From contig CAWCIK010000006.1 in NCBI GenBank assembly GCA_963795645.1, positions 1,377,761 to 1,441,760 of the forward strand: 64,000 nucleotides of DNA. Reading direction: 5' to 3'. The first letter of the stretch is position 1. The number at the start of each line of letters is the position of its first letter. Source of the DNA: an uncultured Chloroflexia bacterium. GTDB taxonomy: Bacteria > Chloroflexota > Limnocylindria > Limnocylindrales > CSP1-4. Below are positions 17,716-26,099 of the stretch, piece by piece. The translations under genes and the position numbers were made by a program. The notes under the pieces were generated by a model, which worked only from the letters and a program-made list of their open reading frames with translations, was not told the DNA's origin and did not search any database.

Positions 17716-19863
17716 TCAGCCGGTGGTCGCCTCGGCGCGCTTCCTGCCCGACAGTCGGATCAGGTCTTCGTGCAGCTCGAACCAGACCGAGTGGTACGAG
17801 TCGACGCGCGGCGACGCGACGAAACGCTGGTCGCCGGCGCGCGCAAGCTCGAGCGCACGCCCGAGTCGGGTGCGATAGACGTCAAATCGGCGCAGCGAGG
17901 CGGCAAGCGGCTCGAGCCATGCGGCGGTGTCGTGGTGGAGCGCTGCCAGATCCGCCAGGACCTGAGCGTCGTACGCGCCATCGGAGTGGTCGTTGAACGT
18001 CTGCTCACCGGCGATCTCGCGCATCTGCCACGCGGTGACGAGCGTCTTCATCCGGCCGTCAAAGGCGTGGAACTCATCGAGCAATCCGGCCGCGCGCTCG
18101 TCACCGACGGCCGCGCGTTCCGCGTCGAACAGGTCTGCCGCCGCGAGCTTGCCGTTGGCCGTCAGACGCACTGATCCAGCCGCTCGCTCCGCGATGCCGC
18201 TCGCGACGAGCTGAGCGACGATCGGTTCGAGCAGTGGCACATCGGCCAAAGTTGACTCGGACAGCTGCTCGGGGCTGACCGAGCCACGGACGGCCAGCGC
18301 ACGAACGACGTCATCACCGTCGACAGGTCCCGAGTCGCTCGTCGCGGCGACCGGTGCGTCCTGCTCGGTCACCCTCGTCGAACTGATCTCGACGCCAAGC
18401 TCCGCGGCCCACTCGAGCAGCTGCGCGGCCTCCGGCGCCAGCTGCCACTCCCCGGCCAGCGCGCCTCTGAAGACCTCGCCGGTAGAGCCGTCGATCGAGA
18501 TGCGTTCGCCGGGCGCAAGCTGAAGGACGCCGCTGCCGGCCCCGACCACGGCCGGGATGCCCCAGCCACGCGCGACCACCGCGGCGTGCGACGCGAGGCC
18601 TCCACGAGCGGTCAGCACGCCCGCCGCCTTGGCCATGCCGCGCACATCTTCTGGCGACGTCTCGTCGCGCACGAGGATGACCGACTCTCCGCGATCACCC
18701 GACTCGACCGCCTCGTCCGAGCTCGTCACGACTGCGCCGACTGCGACTCCGGGCGAGGCGGGCAGGCCGCTGGCAATCGGTGCCCCCGCGTTTGCAGCCC
18801 GGATGAAGACGCGCGGCGGGTCGGCGAGCAGCGGCAGCACGCGCAGCACGGCCTGCTCGCGCGTGAGCGGGAACGACTCGTCGGCGGCCATCTCGGCGGC
18901 CATGCGCAAAGCCGCCCGCGGCGATTTCTTGCCCGTCCGGACCTGGAGCATCCACAGCCGGCCGTCCTCGATCGTGAACTCGATGTCGGCCACGTCTGCC
19001 AGGTGCCGTTCGAGGAGCGCCGCACTTGCCCGCAGCTGTGTGCCGACCTCCGGCAGCTGCGTGTCGAGCACGTCGATGGGCGACGGCGTGTGCGTGCCCG
19101 CAACGACGTCCTCGCCCTGGGCGTTGAACAGGACGTCGCCGAACAACACGTTCTCGCCCGTCGATGGATTGCGCGTGAAGAGCACACCTGTGCCGGAGGA
19201 TGCGCCGCGGTTGCCGAAGACCATCGCCTGGACCGTGACGGCGGTGCCCAGATCTTCGGCGATGCCTTCGCGCGAGCGGTAGGCACGCGCGCGTTCGCTG
19301 TTCCACGAACGGAACACGGCCTCGACCGCAACGCGCAGCTGCGTCCACGGGTTGCTGGGCACCTCGTCCGTGCCGGTGACAGATCGCCAACCCTCGCGCA
19401 ATCGGCGCAGGCAGTCCTGCGCGAAGTCGGTCGAGCCGGTCCGCGCGGCGAGCCCGCTGACCGAGGATTCGGTGAGTCCCAGGTCGAGGATCGTGTCCAT
19501 CATCCCCGGCATAGAGACCGGCGCGCCGGAGCGCACCGACACGAGCAGGGGATCGGCCTCGTCCCCGAACCGCCGGCCGAGCCGCTGCCCGAGACCTGTC
19601 ATCGCGCTGCGCAGCTCGTCATCGAGCCCTTCCGGCCACGAGCCAGCCAGGAAGGCGCGGCATGCCTCGGTCGTCACGATAAAGCCCGGCGGCACAGGCA
19701 GACCAAGCTCGTTGGCCATTACCACCAGGTTCGCGCCCTTGCCGCCCAGGAGTCGGAGCAGGTCGTCCGCGGAACCCTCCGGCGGAGACTCGAAGGCGTA
19801 GACCCAGCGGGTCGGTTGGGCGGGATTTATCGGCCGTTCGGCAGGTCGGGAATCATCGGCCAC
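17716..19863 (-). CDS. Pyruvate,phosphate-dikinase-like protein: PPDK N-terminal ATP-grasp + phosphohistidine swivel domain, with a non-TIM-barrel C-terminal region
   Basis: 715 aa. LGGKGANLVVMANELGLPVPPGFIVTT, LLVSVRSGAPVSMPGMMDTILDLGL, swivel TARGGLASHAAVVARGWGIPAVVGA. The last about 240 aa show no PEP/pyruvate-binding barrel motifs. Confidence 0.8.
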   Translation of the reverse strand: MADDSRPAERPINPAQPTRWVYAFESPPEGSADDLLRLLGGKGANLVVMANELGLPVPPGFIVTTEACRAFLAGSWPEGLDDELRSAMTGLGQRLGRRFGDEADPLLVSVRSGAPVSMPGMMDTILDLGLTESSVSGLAARTGSTDFAQDCLRRLREGWRSVTGTDEVPSNPWTQLRVAVEAVFRSWNSERARAYRSREGIAEDLGTAVTVQAMVFGNRGASSGTGVLFTRNPSTGENVLFGDVLFNAQGEDVVAGTHTPSPIDVLDTQLPEVGTQLRASAALLERHLADVADIEFTIEDGRLWMLQVRTGKKSPRAALRMAAEMAADESFPLTREQAVLRVLPLLADPPRVFIRAANAGAPIASGLPASPGVAVGAVVTSSDEAVESGDRGESVILVRDETSPEDVRGMAKAAGVLTARGGLASHAAVVARGWGIPAVVGAGSGVLQLAPGERISIDGSTGEVFRGALAGEWQLAPEAAQLLEWAAELGVEISSTRVTEQDAPVAATSDSGPVDGDDVVRALAVRGSVSPEQLSESTLADVPLLEPIVAQLVASGIAERAAGSVRLTANGKLAAADLFDAERAAVGDERAAGLLDEFHAFDGRMKTLVTAWQMREIAGEQTFNDHSDGAYDAQVLADLAALHHDTAAWLEPLAASLRRFDVYRTRLGRALELARAGDQRFVASPRVDSYHSVWFELHEDLIRLSGRKRAEATTG

Positions 19864-19869
19864 TGCATT

Positions 19870-19884
19870 ATCATCGATGATCGA
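19870..19884. promoter_or_regulatory. AT-rich palindrome ATCATCGATGAT / shared 12-mer ATCGATGATCGA in a 32-nt divergent intergenic gap
   Basis: Perfect 12-nt palindrome at 19870-19881. The 12-mer at 19873-19884 recurs exactly at 35603-35614, also directly upstream of a start codon. Confidence 0.4.
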
Positions 19885-19895
19885 TAGGTCGACCC

Positions 19896-21755
19896 ATGAG
19901 CCAAACGGACGGTCAGGTCAGCGCGCAGGAGACGTCGATGGCGGTCGAGACTCAGCACCAGATGACGGCGGGCGCTCGCACGATCCATACCGGCGAGCCG
20001 ATCCTCGAGCAGTTCCTGGGTGACGACGAGTTTCCCATCGAGTGGCGCAGCGAGCTCGAGAAGGAGCTTTTCTGGGTCTTCGACGATCTCCACTGTCCCC
20101 ATCCGCTGAGCCCCATGTTCGAGGAGATCGGCGGCTGGTGGCTGACCTGCGACCACATGTTCCGCCGCTTCGGCACGCCCTTCGCCGCGGACTGGATCAT
20201 CAAGAACGTCAACGGCTACCTGTACACGACGGCCGTGCCCGCGGACGGGAGCTGGACCGTGGACGCCATGGAATATGGCGCCCGTTACGGCGCGCGCGTG
20301 CCGCTCGACCCGGCCTACAGCCAGCGCATCGGCAAGTGGCTCGACGTGACCCTGCCGGTCTACGGCGAGCACTTCGCGGACTGGTGGACGGAGCGCCTCG
20401 TGCCGGAGATGAAGCACAACTTCGAGTTCCTCGAGGGTGAGCTCGACCGGCAGGACGAGATGTCGCTGGGGGAGGTCGCGGTCCTGCTCGAGGACGCGAT
20501 CGACATCCACGACCGCCACTGGAAGATCCACTGGATGCTCAACTTCGCCCAGCTGAGCGCGACGCTCAACCTGCGCGCCGTGATGGAGAAAACGCACGGT
20601 CGCGTGGACGACGCTCTCCTTGGCAGGCTGCAGAACAGCGCCAACGATCGCAACTGGGACTCGATCAGGGCACTCTGGGAGATGAAGCAGGAGGCCATGG
20701 CCGACGCCGAGCTGTCCGCTGCACTCAGCCACGAGACGGCGGGCGAGATCGTGGCTGCCCTGCATGGCTCGGAGCGCGGGCGCGCGTTCATCAACGACCG
20801 CATCACGCCGTACCAGCGCGAGTTCGGCTGGCATGCGGTGTGGAGCCACGAGTTCATCTTCCCGACCGTGTTCGAGCAGATCGAGCCTGTCGTCGAGCTG
20901 ATCCGCGGCTACATCGAGACCGACTACGACTACCCCTCGACTATGGGCGCGCTGCGCGACGACATCGACGCCGCGGCACGCGAGATCCTGGACGGCCTCG
21001 AAGGCGATGCGCTCGAGGAGATGCGCGCCGCGAACGAGGTCAACCTGCGCATGGCGCCGCTGACGCCGGACCACCACTTCTATATCGACCAGGGCGCCAA
21101 CGCGCATCTGCGCCTGGTCCTCGTCGCGATCGGCACGAAGCTCGCGGCGCTTGGTGCGATCGGTGATGCCGAGGACGTCATGTTCCTGCGCTACAACGAG
21201 CTGCGCGCGTTCGTCGGCGACCAGTCCGCGTTCGACGCACGGGCACTCGTCGCCGAGCGCAAGGCCGAGCGCGAGAAGGCGTATGACTTCCACCCGCGGG
21301 CGTGGATCGGCACGGCCACCCAGAGCCAGCTCGACTTCCCGTACCTCGTCAACTGGGGCTTCCCCGAGAAGTTCACGCGCAAGGAGGGCGACGTCGCGGA
21401 CCAGTTCAAGGGCATTGCCGGCTCGCCCGGCGTCGTCGAAGGAACTGCGCGCGTCGTGCTCCACGAGGACCAGTTCGACGAGGTTCGTGCCGGGGACATC
21501 CTCGTGTGCCACATGACCAACCCGGCCTGGGTCGTGCTCTTCACCAAGATCGCCGGGCTCGTGACCAACGCCGGCGGCATCACGGCCCATCCCGCCGTGC
21601 TGAGCCGAGAGTTCGGCATCCCGGCCGTCGTCGGCACTCAGGACGCGACCAAGCGCATCAACAACGGCGATCGTGTCCGAGTCGACGGCACAACCGGCAC
21701 TGTCGACATCCTCGAACGGGCGGCCCAGTTCCGCGAAGACCTGATGAAGGCCTGA
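19896..21755 (+). CDS. PEP-utilising-enzyme mobile (swivel) domain protein with large N-terminal domain lacking an ATP-grasp (PpsA-like, phenylphosphate-synthase alpha-like architecture)
   Basis: 619 aa. C-terminal GSPGVVEGTARVV...GDILVCHMTNPAWVVLFTKIAGLVTNAGGITAHPAVLSREFGIPAVVG. The N-terminus (FPIEWRSELEKELFWVFDDLHCPHPLSPMF...) has no GGKGANL-type motif. Confidence 0.7.
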   Translation: MSQTDGQVSAQETSMAVETQHQMTAGARTIHTGEPILEQFLGDDEFPIEWRSELEKELFWVFDDLHCPHPLSPMFEEIGGWWLTCDHMFRRFGTPFAADWIIKNVNGYLYTTAVPADGSWTVDAMEYGARYGARVPLDPAYSQRIGKWLDVTLPVYGEHFADWWTERLVPEMKHNFEFLEGELDRQDEMSLGEVAVLLEDAIDIHDRHWKIHWMLNFAQLSATLNLRAVMEKTHGRVDDALLGRLQNSANDRNWDSIRALWEMKQEAMADAELSAALSHETAGEIVAALHGSERGRAFINDRITPYQREFGWHAVWSHEFIFPTVFEQIEPVVELIRGYIETDYDYPSTMGALRDDIDAAAREILDGLEGDALEEMRAANEVNLRMAPLTPDHHFYIDQGANAHLRLVLVAIGTKLAALGAIGDAEDVMFLRYNELRAFVGDQSAFDARALVAERKAEREKAYDFHPRAWIGTATQSQLDFPYLVNWGFPEKFTRKEGDVADQFKGIAGSPGVVEGTARVVLHEDQFDEVRAGDILVCHMTNPAWVVLFTKIAGLVTNAGGITAHPAVLSREFGIPAVVGTQDATKRINNGDRVRVDGTTGTVDILERAAQFREDLMKA

Positions 21756-21779
21756 CGCACAGGAAGAAGGCACTTGCTC

Positions 21780-22874
21780 ATGACGGCAACCGAAACACTC
21801 ACGCTCAGCCCGCTGCAGCAGACGGCGGCGACCGCAACCGACATCTGGAACGACTCGTGCGCCGTCGACGAGCTGGAGTACGCGATCGAGCACGGCGCCG
21901 TGGGTGCCACTGCCAATCCGACCATCGTCCACGACGTCTGGAAGAAGGATCCCGACCGATGGGGACGCAGGGTGCGCGAGCTCGCCGAGCAGATGCCCGG
22001 CGCGACCGAGACGCACCTGGCCTGGGCGATCGTCGAAGAGATGTCGGCCGAGGGCGCAGCGCTGCTGATGCCCGCGTTCGAGAGATACGGCGGGCGCCAG
22101 GGCCGCCTGTCGATGCAGACCAACCCAACGTTCTGGCGCAGCTTCGAGCCGATGCTCGGCCAGGGCGTCCACTTCATGGACGTGGCGCCGAACATCATCG
22201 TCAAGTTCCCGGCCACGAAGGTCGGCATCGCGGTGATGGAGGAAGCTACCTACCGCGGCGTATCGGTCAACTGCACGGTCTCGTTCAGCGTCGCCCAGGC
22301 CGTGGCGGCCGCGGAGGCCGTCGAGCGTGGCCTCAAGAGGCGTGAGGCAGAAGGCCTGCCGACCGACGCCATGGGCCCGGTGATCACGATCATGGTCGGC
22401 CGCGTCGAGGACTGGCTGAAGCTGCTCGTCGAGCGCGACGGCATCGTCGTCCATCCCGCGGCGCTGGCGTACAGCGGCGTGGCCGTATTCAAGCGCGCTT
22501 ACTCGATGTTCCAGGAGAGAGGCTTCCGCGCCCGCCTGCTGGCCGCCGCCATTCGGCACCACCTGCACTGGTCGGAGTTCATCGGCGGCGACGTGGTGAT
22601 AACGCTGCCCAGTGGCTGGCAGAGGAAGTTCAACGCGTCGGCCGTCCCGGTTCGCGAGCGGATGGACGACCCGGTCGATCCCGAGCACGTCCGCCAGCTC
22701 TCCGCGGCGTTTCCGGATTTCGTCAAGGCATACGAGCCCGACGGCATGACCCTCGACGATTTCGACATGTTCCCGCCGAGCGTTCGGACGCTCCGGGCGT
22801 TTATCGCCTCGTACCACGACCTGCTCGCGGCTGTGACCGACGCGCAGCTGCCCAATCCCGATATCAAGAGGTGA
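21780..22874 (+). CDS. Transaldolase-family protein
   Basis: ATDIWNDSC, GATANPTIV, LSMQTNP, IIVKFPATKVGI (active-site Lys context). AGGAAGAAGG lies 9 nt upstream of ATG 21780; the track ORF starts at TTG 21774. Confidence 0.8.
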   Translation: MTATETLTLSPLQQTAATATDIWNDSCAVDELEYAIEHGAVGATANPTIVHDVWKKDPDRWGRRVRELAEQMPGATETHLAWAIVEEMSAEGAALLMPAFERYGGRQGRLSMQTNPTFWRSFEPMLGQGVHFMDVAPNIIVKFPATKVGIAVMEEATYRGVSVNCTVSFSVAQAVAAAEAVERGLKRREAEGLPTDAMGPVITIMVGRVEDWLKLLVERDGIVVHPAALAYSGVAVFKRAYSMFQERGFRARLLAAAIRHHLHWSEFIGGDVVITLPSGWQRKFNASAVPVRERMDDPVDPEHVRQLSAAFPDFVKAYEPDGMTLDDFDMFPPSVRTLRAFIASYHDLLAAVTDAQLPNPDIKR

Positions 22875-22881
22875 ACGGCCG

Positions 22882-23172
22882 ATGACTTACACAGTGGTCG
22901 CGACGTGGATCGCGAAGCCGGGCGAAGAGGACGCCTGCCGCGACATCCTGAAGCTCATGACGCCGTTGACACGCGCCGAGCCGGGTTGCCGCGAGTACGT
23001 GGCCCTGGCCCAGAAGGACGATCCGCGAACGTTCGTGCTGTACGAGGTGTACGACGACGAGGCGGCCTTCCAGGCCCACCGCGAGTCCGATCACTTCAAG
23101 GTGCATGTCACGGGCGACGCGGTCAATCGGCTCGAGGAGCGCTTCGCGAAGTTCTACGAGTCGCTCGGCTGA
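22882..23172 (+). CDS. Antibiotic-biosynthesis-monooxygenase (ABM) domain protein
   Basis: 96 aa. EPGCREYVALAQKDDPRTFVLYEVYDDEAAFQAHRESDHFK is a typical ABM/Dabb pattern. Confidence 0.8.
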   Translation: MTYTVVATWIAKPGEEDACRDILKLMTPLTRAEPGCREYVALAQKDDPRTFVLYEVYDDEAAFQAHRESDHFKVHVTGDAVNRLEERFAKFYESLG

Positions 23173-23174
23173 CA

Positions 23175-23870
23175 GTGGCACAGCCCGACGAGCAGCTCAT
23201 CCCGCTGGCGCGCAGCGTCCTGTCCGCGCAGGTCAAGGATCGCCTGCTGCGCTGGATCCTCGAAGGCGAGCTGCCACCTGGCTCGCGCATCATCGAGACG
23301 CGCGTGGCACGCCAGCTCGGCACGAGCCAGGCGCCGGTGCGGGAGGCGCTGCGCGACCTGGCCACCCTCGGCCTGGTCGAGATGCATGCGTACCGCGGTG
23401 CGCGCGTCCGCCAGCCGGCCGCGGCAGAGCTGGTCGAGGCGATGGAGGTCCGCGGCGAGCTGGAGGCCATCGCGGCGCGCGCCGCTGCGCGCGCCGTGGA
23501 CGCCGACACGCTGAGCACGATGCGCGCGCTGATCGAACGAATGCGCGCCTGCGCCGACGAGGGCGACGCCCACGGACAGGCGCTCGCCAATTCCGAGTTC
23601 CACACGCTGGTCATCACCACGTCGGGCAACCTGACCGTTCAGCGCCTGTGGGAGATACTCGAACCGTTCGCGCGCACCTACCTGACCGCGACCGCGCCGG
23701 GCGCGGACCTGCACTGGCTGGCGGAGCGCCACGTTGCGATCGTTGACGCGCTCGAGTCGGGCGACGAGGAACGTGCGGCACAGGCGATGCGCGTCCACGC
23801 GCGCGAGGCGGAGCTGCAGATCGGAACGAGGTCGGGAGGAGAAGTTGAGCGACAACCTGCGGCTGTCTGA
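23175..23870 (+). CDS. GntR-family transcriptional regulator (FadR/FCD subfamily)
   Basis: GTG 23175. LPPGSRIIETRVARQLGTSQAPVREALRDLATLGLVE wHTH, followed by a helical FCD-like domain. Confidence 0.85.
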   Translation: MAQPDEQLIPLARSVLSAQVKDRLLRWILEGELPPGSRIIETRVARQLGTSQAPVREALRDLATLGLVEMHAYRGARVRQPAAAELVEAMEVRGELEAIAARAAARAVDADTLSTMRALIERMRACADEGDAHGQALANSEFHTLVITTSGNLTVQRLWEILEPFARTYLTATAPGADLHWLAERHVAIVDALESGDEERAAQAMRVHAREAELQIGTRSGGEVERQPAAV

Positions 23871-24738
23871 GGAGCTCGTCTGCGGCCCGGCGCGCATCCG
23901 GATCGACGTCTTCGGCGGCGAGCCTCGCGAACACGTCCTCGAAGACATGAACTTCATGAACTACCGACTCGCCGACGTCGAGATCGCCGCGCAGGTCAGC
24001 CTGGCGCGGGCCGACATCGTGTACCGCGTCGACGGCGACAAGTCAGTTGTCTACGACGATGAAGAGTCGGTCGTCACCTTCACCGGTCCGTGGGACGAAG
24101 GCCCAATCCAGAAGGTGATCGTGGCCATGCTCGCCTTGCGCCTGGAGGCCAGGGGCTGGCATCCGTTCCACGCCAGCGCCGTGTTCTACCGGGGCAAGAC
24201 GGTCCTTTTCCTGGGCGGCGAATCGAACCACGGCAAGTCGATGGGTCAGCTGGAGGCGAACCGTCGCGGGGCGCTGCTCGTGTCGACCGAGACGACGGTC
24301 ATCGACGACGATGGCGTCGCGCGCATGGGCAGCAAGGACGTCTATCTCAAGAAGCGCGCCAAGGGCACGGAGCGGGCCGACAAGGCGGCGCCCAACGTTG
24401 GCGTAGCCAAGTTCTTCGGCGAGATGCCGACGTGGCAGCTGGTCACTGAGCCCGCGCCGGTGGATGTCGTGATCGTGCCCGCGATCGACGGCAACTTCGA
24501 CCCGAGCATGAACGAGATGATCCCCTTCGAACGCCAGTTCCAGACGCTCCACTCGCTCCAGAACTACTTCCTGCTCAATGAGCTCCTGGCACCGGGCTGG
24601 CCCATGCCGCTGGTCGACAGCGAGCAGCTCCGCCACGCCCGGGCCGAGTTCGTCGAGCGCTTCAGCAATCGTCCGTACTTCTTCATCCGGGCTGCCACCC
24701 CGCAGGTCCTGATGGACGAGGTCGAGAAGGTCATCTGA
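23845..24738 (+). CDS. Hypothetical P-loop protein resembling HPr-kinase C-terminal-like (HprK-related) kinases
   Basis: TTG 23845 preceded by GGGAGGAG. FHASAVFYRGKTVLFLGGESNHGKSMGQLEANRRGALLVSTETTVIDDDG matches the HprK-like pattern H-A-[AS]-x-V...G-x-S-x-x-GKS...DD. The rest is unrecognised. Confidence 0.5.
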   Translation: MSDNLRLSEELVCGPARIRIDVFGGEPREHVLEDMNFMNYRLADVEIAAQVSLARADIVYRVDGDKSVVYDDEESVVTFTGPWDEGPIQKVIVAMLALRLEARGWHPFHASAVFYRGKTVLFLGGESNHGKSMGQLEANRRGALLVSTETTVIDDDGVARMGSKDVYLKKRAKGTERADKAAPNVGVAKFFGEMPTWQLVTEPAPVDVVIVPAIDGNFDPSMNEMIPFERQFQTLHSLQNYFLLNELLAPGWPMPLVDSEQLRHARAEFVERFSNRPYFFIRAATPQVLMDEVEKVI

Positions 24739-24747
24739 GGAGGACGG

Positions 24748-25575
24748 GTGCGCGCGTTCGCCTACGCCCGACCTGAGACGCTCGACGAAGCCGTCGCGCT
24801 GCTCGACGAATATGGCTCCGACGCGCGCGTCCTGGCCGGTGGTACCGACCTGATCATTCGCCTGCGGGATCGGACGATCCAGCCGTCGGTGGTCGTCGAC
24901 GTCAAGCGCATACCCGAGCTCGCGCCGTCCATCCGGCACGTCGACGAGGTGCTGCGCATCTCGGCGGGCACGACGATGACCGACGTCTTCGAAGATCCCT
25001 TCGTACGCACGACCTTCCCGGCGCTGGCCGACGCCGCGGCGATCATCGGCTCGGTCCAGATCCGCAACCGAGCCACGCTCGTGGGCAATCAGTGCAACGC
25101 GTCGCCCGCCGCGGACACTGCACCTACGCTGCTGGTGTATGGCGCTTCGGTGATCGTGATCGGGCAGCGCGGCGAACGACGCATCGCCCTCGACGACTTC
25201 TTCATCCGCTCCGGCGTGACCACGCTCGAGCCGGGCGAGATGGCGACGGCGATCGAGATACCAATCCCAAGCGTGCGCGCCGGCAGCGCATTCGCCCGAC
25301 GGACCCGCCGTCGCGGCCACGACCTTGCCTCGATCACGATGGCCGTGGCGGTCGACGAGAGCGGCGCCACGCGGCTGTCCTACGGCAGCGTCGGGCCACG
25401 GCCGGTGGTGTTCTCGGCTGCCAGCGGCGAGGCCCCGCTCGAGGAGTGGCTGAGCAGGGCGACGCCTTCGCCGACATCAATGCGTGCCTCGCCCGAGTAC
25501 CGCCTGGCGATGCTGCGCGTGCTCGCGGCGCGCTCGCTCGAAGTGGCCCGGCAGCGCTTGATGGCGATGCGCTGA
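24748..25575 (+). CDS. Molybdenum hydroxylase, FAD-binding (medium, CoxM/XdhB-like) subunit
   Basis: 275 aa. RVLAGGTDLIIRLRD, NRATLVGNQCNASPAADTAPTLL. Confidence 0.85.
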   Translation: MRAFAYARPETLDEAVALLDEYGSDARVLAGGTDLIIRLRDRTIQPSVVVDVKRIPELAPSIRHVDEVLRISAGTTMTDVFEDPFVRTTFPALADAAAIIGSVQIRNRATLVGNQCNASPAADTAPTLLVYGASVIVIGQRGERRIALDDFFIRSGVTTLEPGEMATAIEIPIPSVRAGSAFARRTRRRGHDLASITMAVAVDESGATRLSYGSVGPRPVVFSAASGEAPLEEWLSRATPSPTSMRASPEYRLAMLRVLAARSLEVARQRLMAMR

Positions 25576-26099
25576 TGCAGATCTCGCTGACGCTCAACGG
25601 CCGGCCGCGGACCGTCACCGTCGAGGACCATCACACGCTGCTCGACGCGCTGCGCGACGACCTGGGCCTGACCGGCGCGAAGGAGTGTTGCCTCGTCGGC
25701 GAGTGCGGCGCGTGCAGCGTCCGGCTCAACGGCAGAGTCGTCGACTCGTGCCTGGTCCTCGCGGTCGAGGCCGACGGTGGCGAGGTCGTGACCGTCGAGG
25801 GCCTGGCCGACAAGCCCGGCCGCATGTCGGCGCTTCAGGCCGCGTTCCTGGAGCACGGCGCGGTGCAGTGCGGCTTCTGCATACCCGGCCAGCTGATGGC
25901 CGCCGACGATCTACTGCGCCGCGTTGCTCATCCGAGCACGGCCGAGATAGAGGAGGGCATCGCCGGCAACCTGTGCCGCTGCGGTTGCTACTACCAGATC
26001 GTGGACGCGGTCGCGGCCGTGGCCGGCGGCGAGACGGAAGCCGCTCCCACGCTGACCCACGAACAGCCCGACCTGCCCCATCCGCCGGTGGACCAGTGA
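25575..26099 (+). CDS. Molybdenum hydroxylase, [2Fe-2S] (small, CoxS-like) subunit
   Basis: ATG 25575 overlaps the upstream stop. KECCLVGECGACSV and QCGFCIPGQ...NLCRCGCY Cys motifs. Confidence 0.9.
   Translation: MQISLTLNGRPRTVTVEDHHTLLDALRDDLGLTGAKECCLVGECGACSVRLNGRVVDSCLVLAVEADGGEVVTVEGLADKPGRMSALQAAFLEHGAVQCGFCIPGQLMAADDLLRRVAHPSTAEIEEGIAGNLCRCGCYYQIVDAVAAVAGGETEAAPTLTHEQPDLPHPPVDQ

Noticed and set aside
19827-22817. A 996-aa minus-strand ORF, plus other very long antisense ORFs (4407..6014, 8610..10193, 26453..28102, 36453..38081, 14564..15727, 24043..25320).
   Set aside because: They lie antisense to genes with clear family motifs. Their translations are Arg/Ala/Gly/Pro-rich with no recognisable motifs. 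Stop-poor antisense frames are expected in very GC-rich coding DNA.
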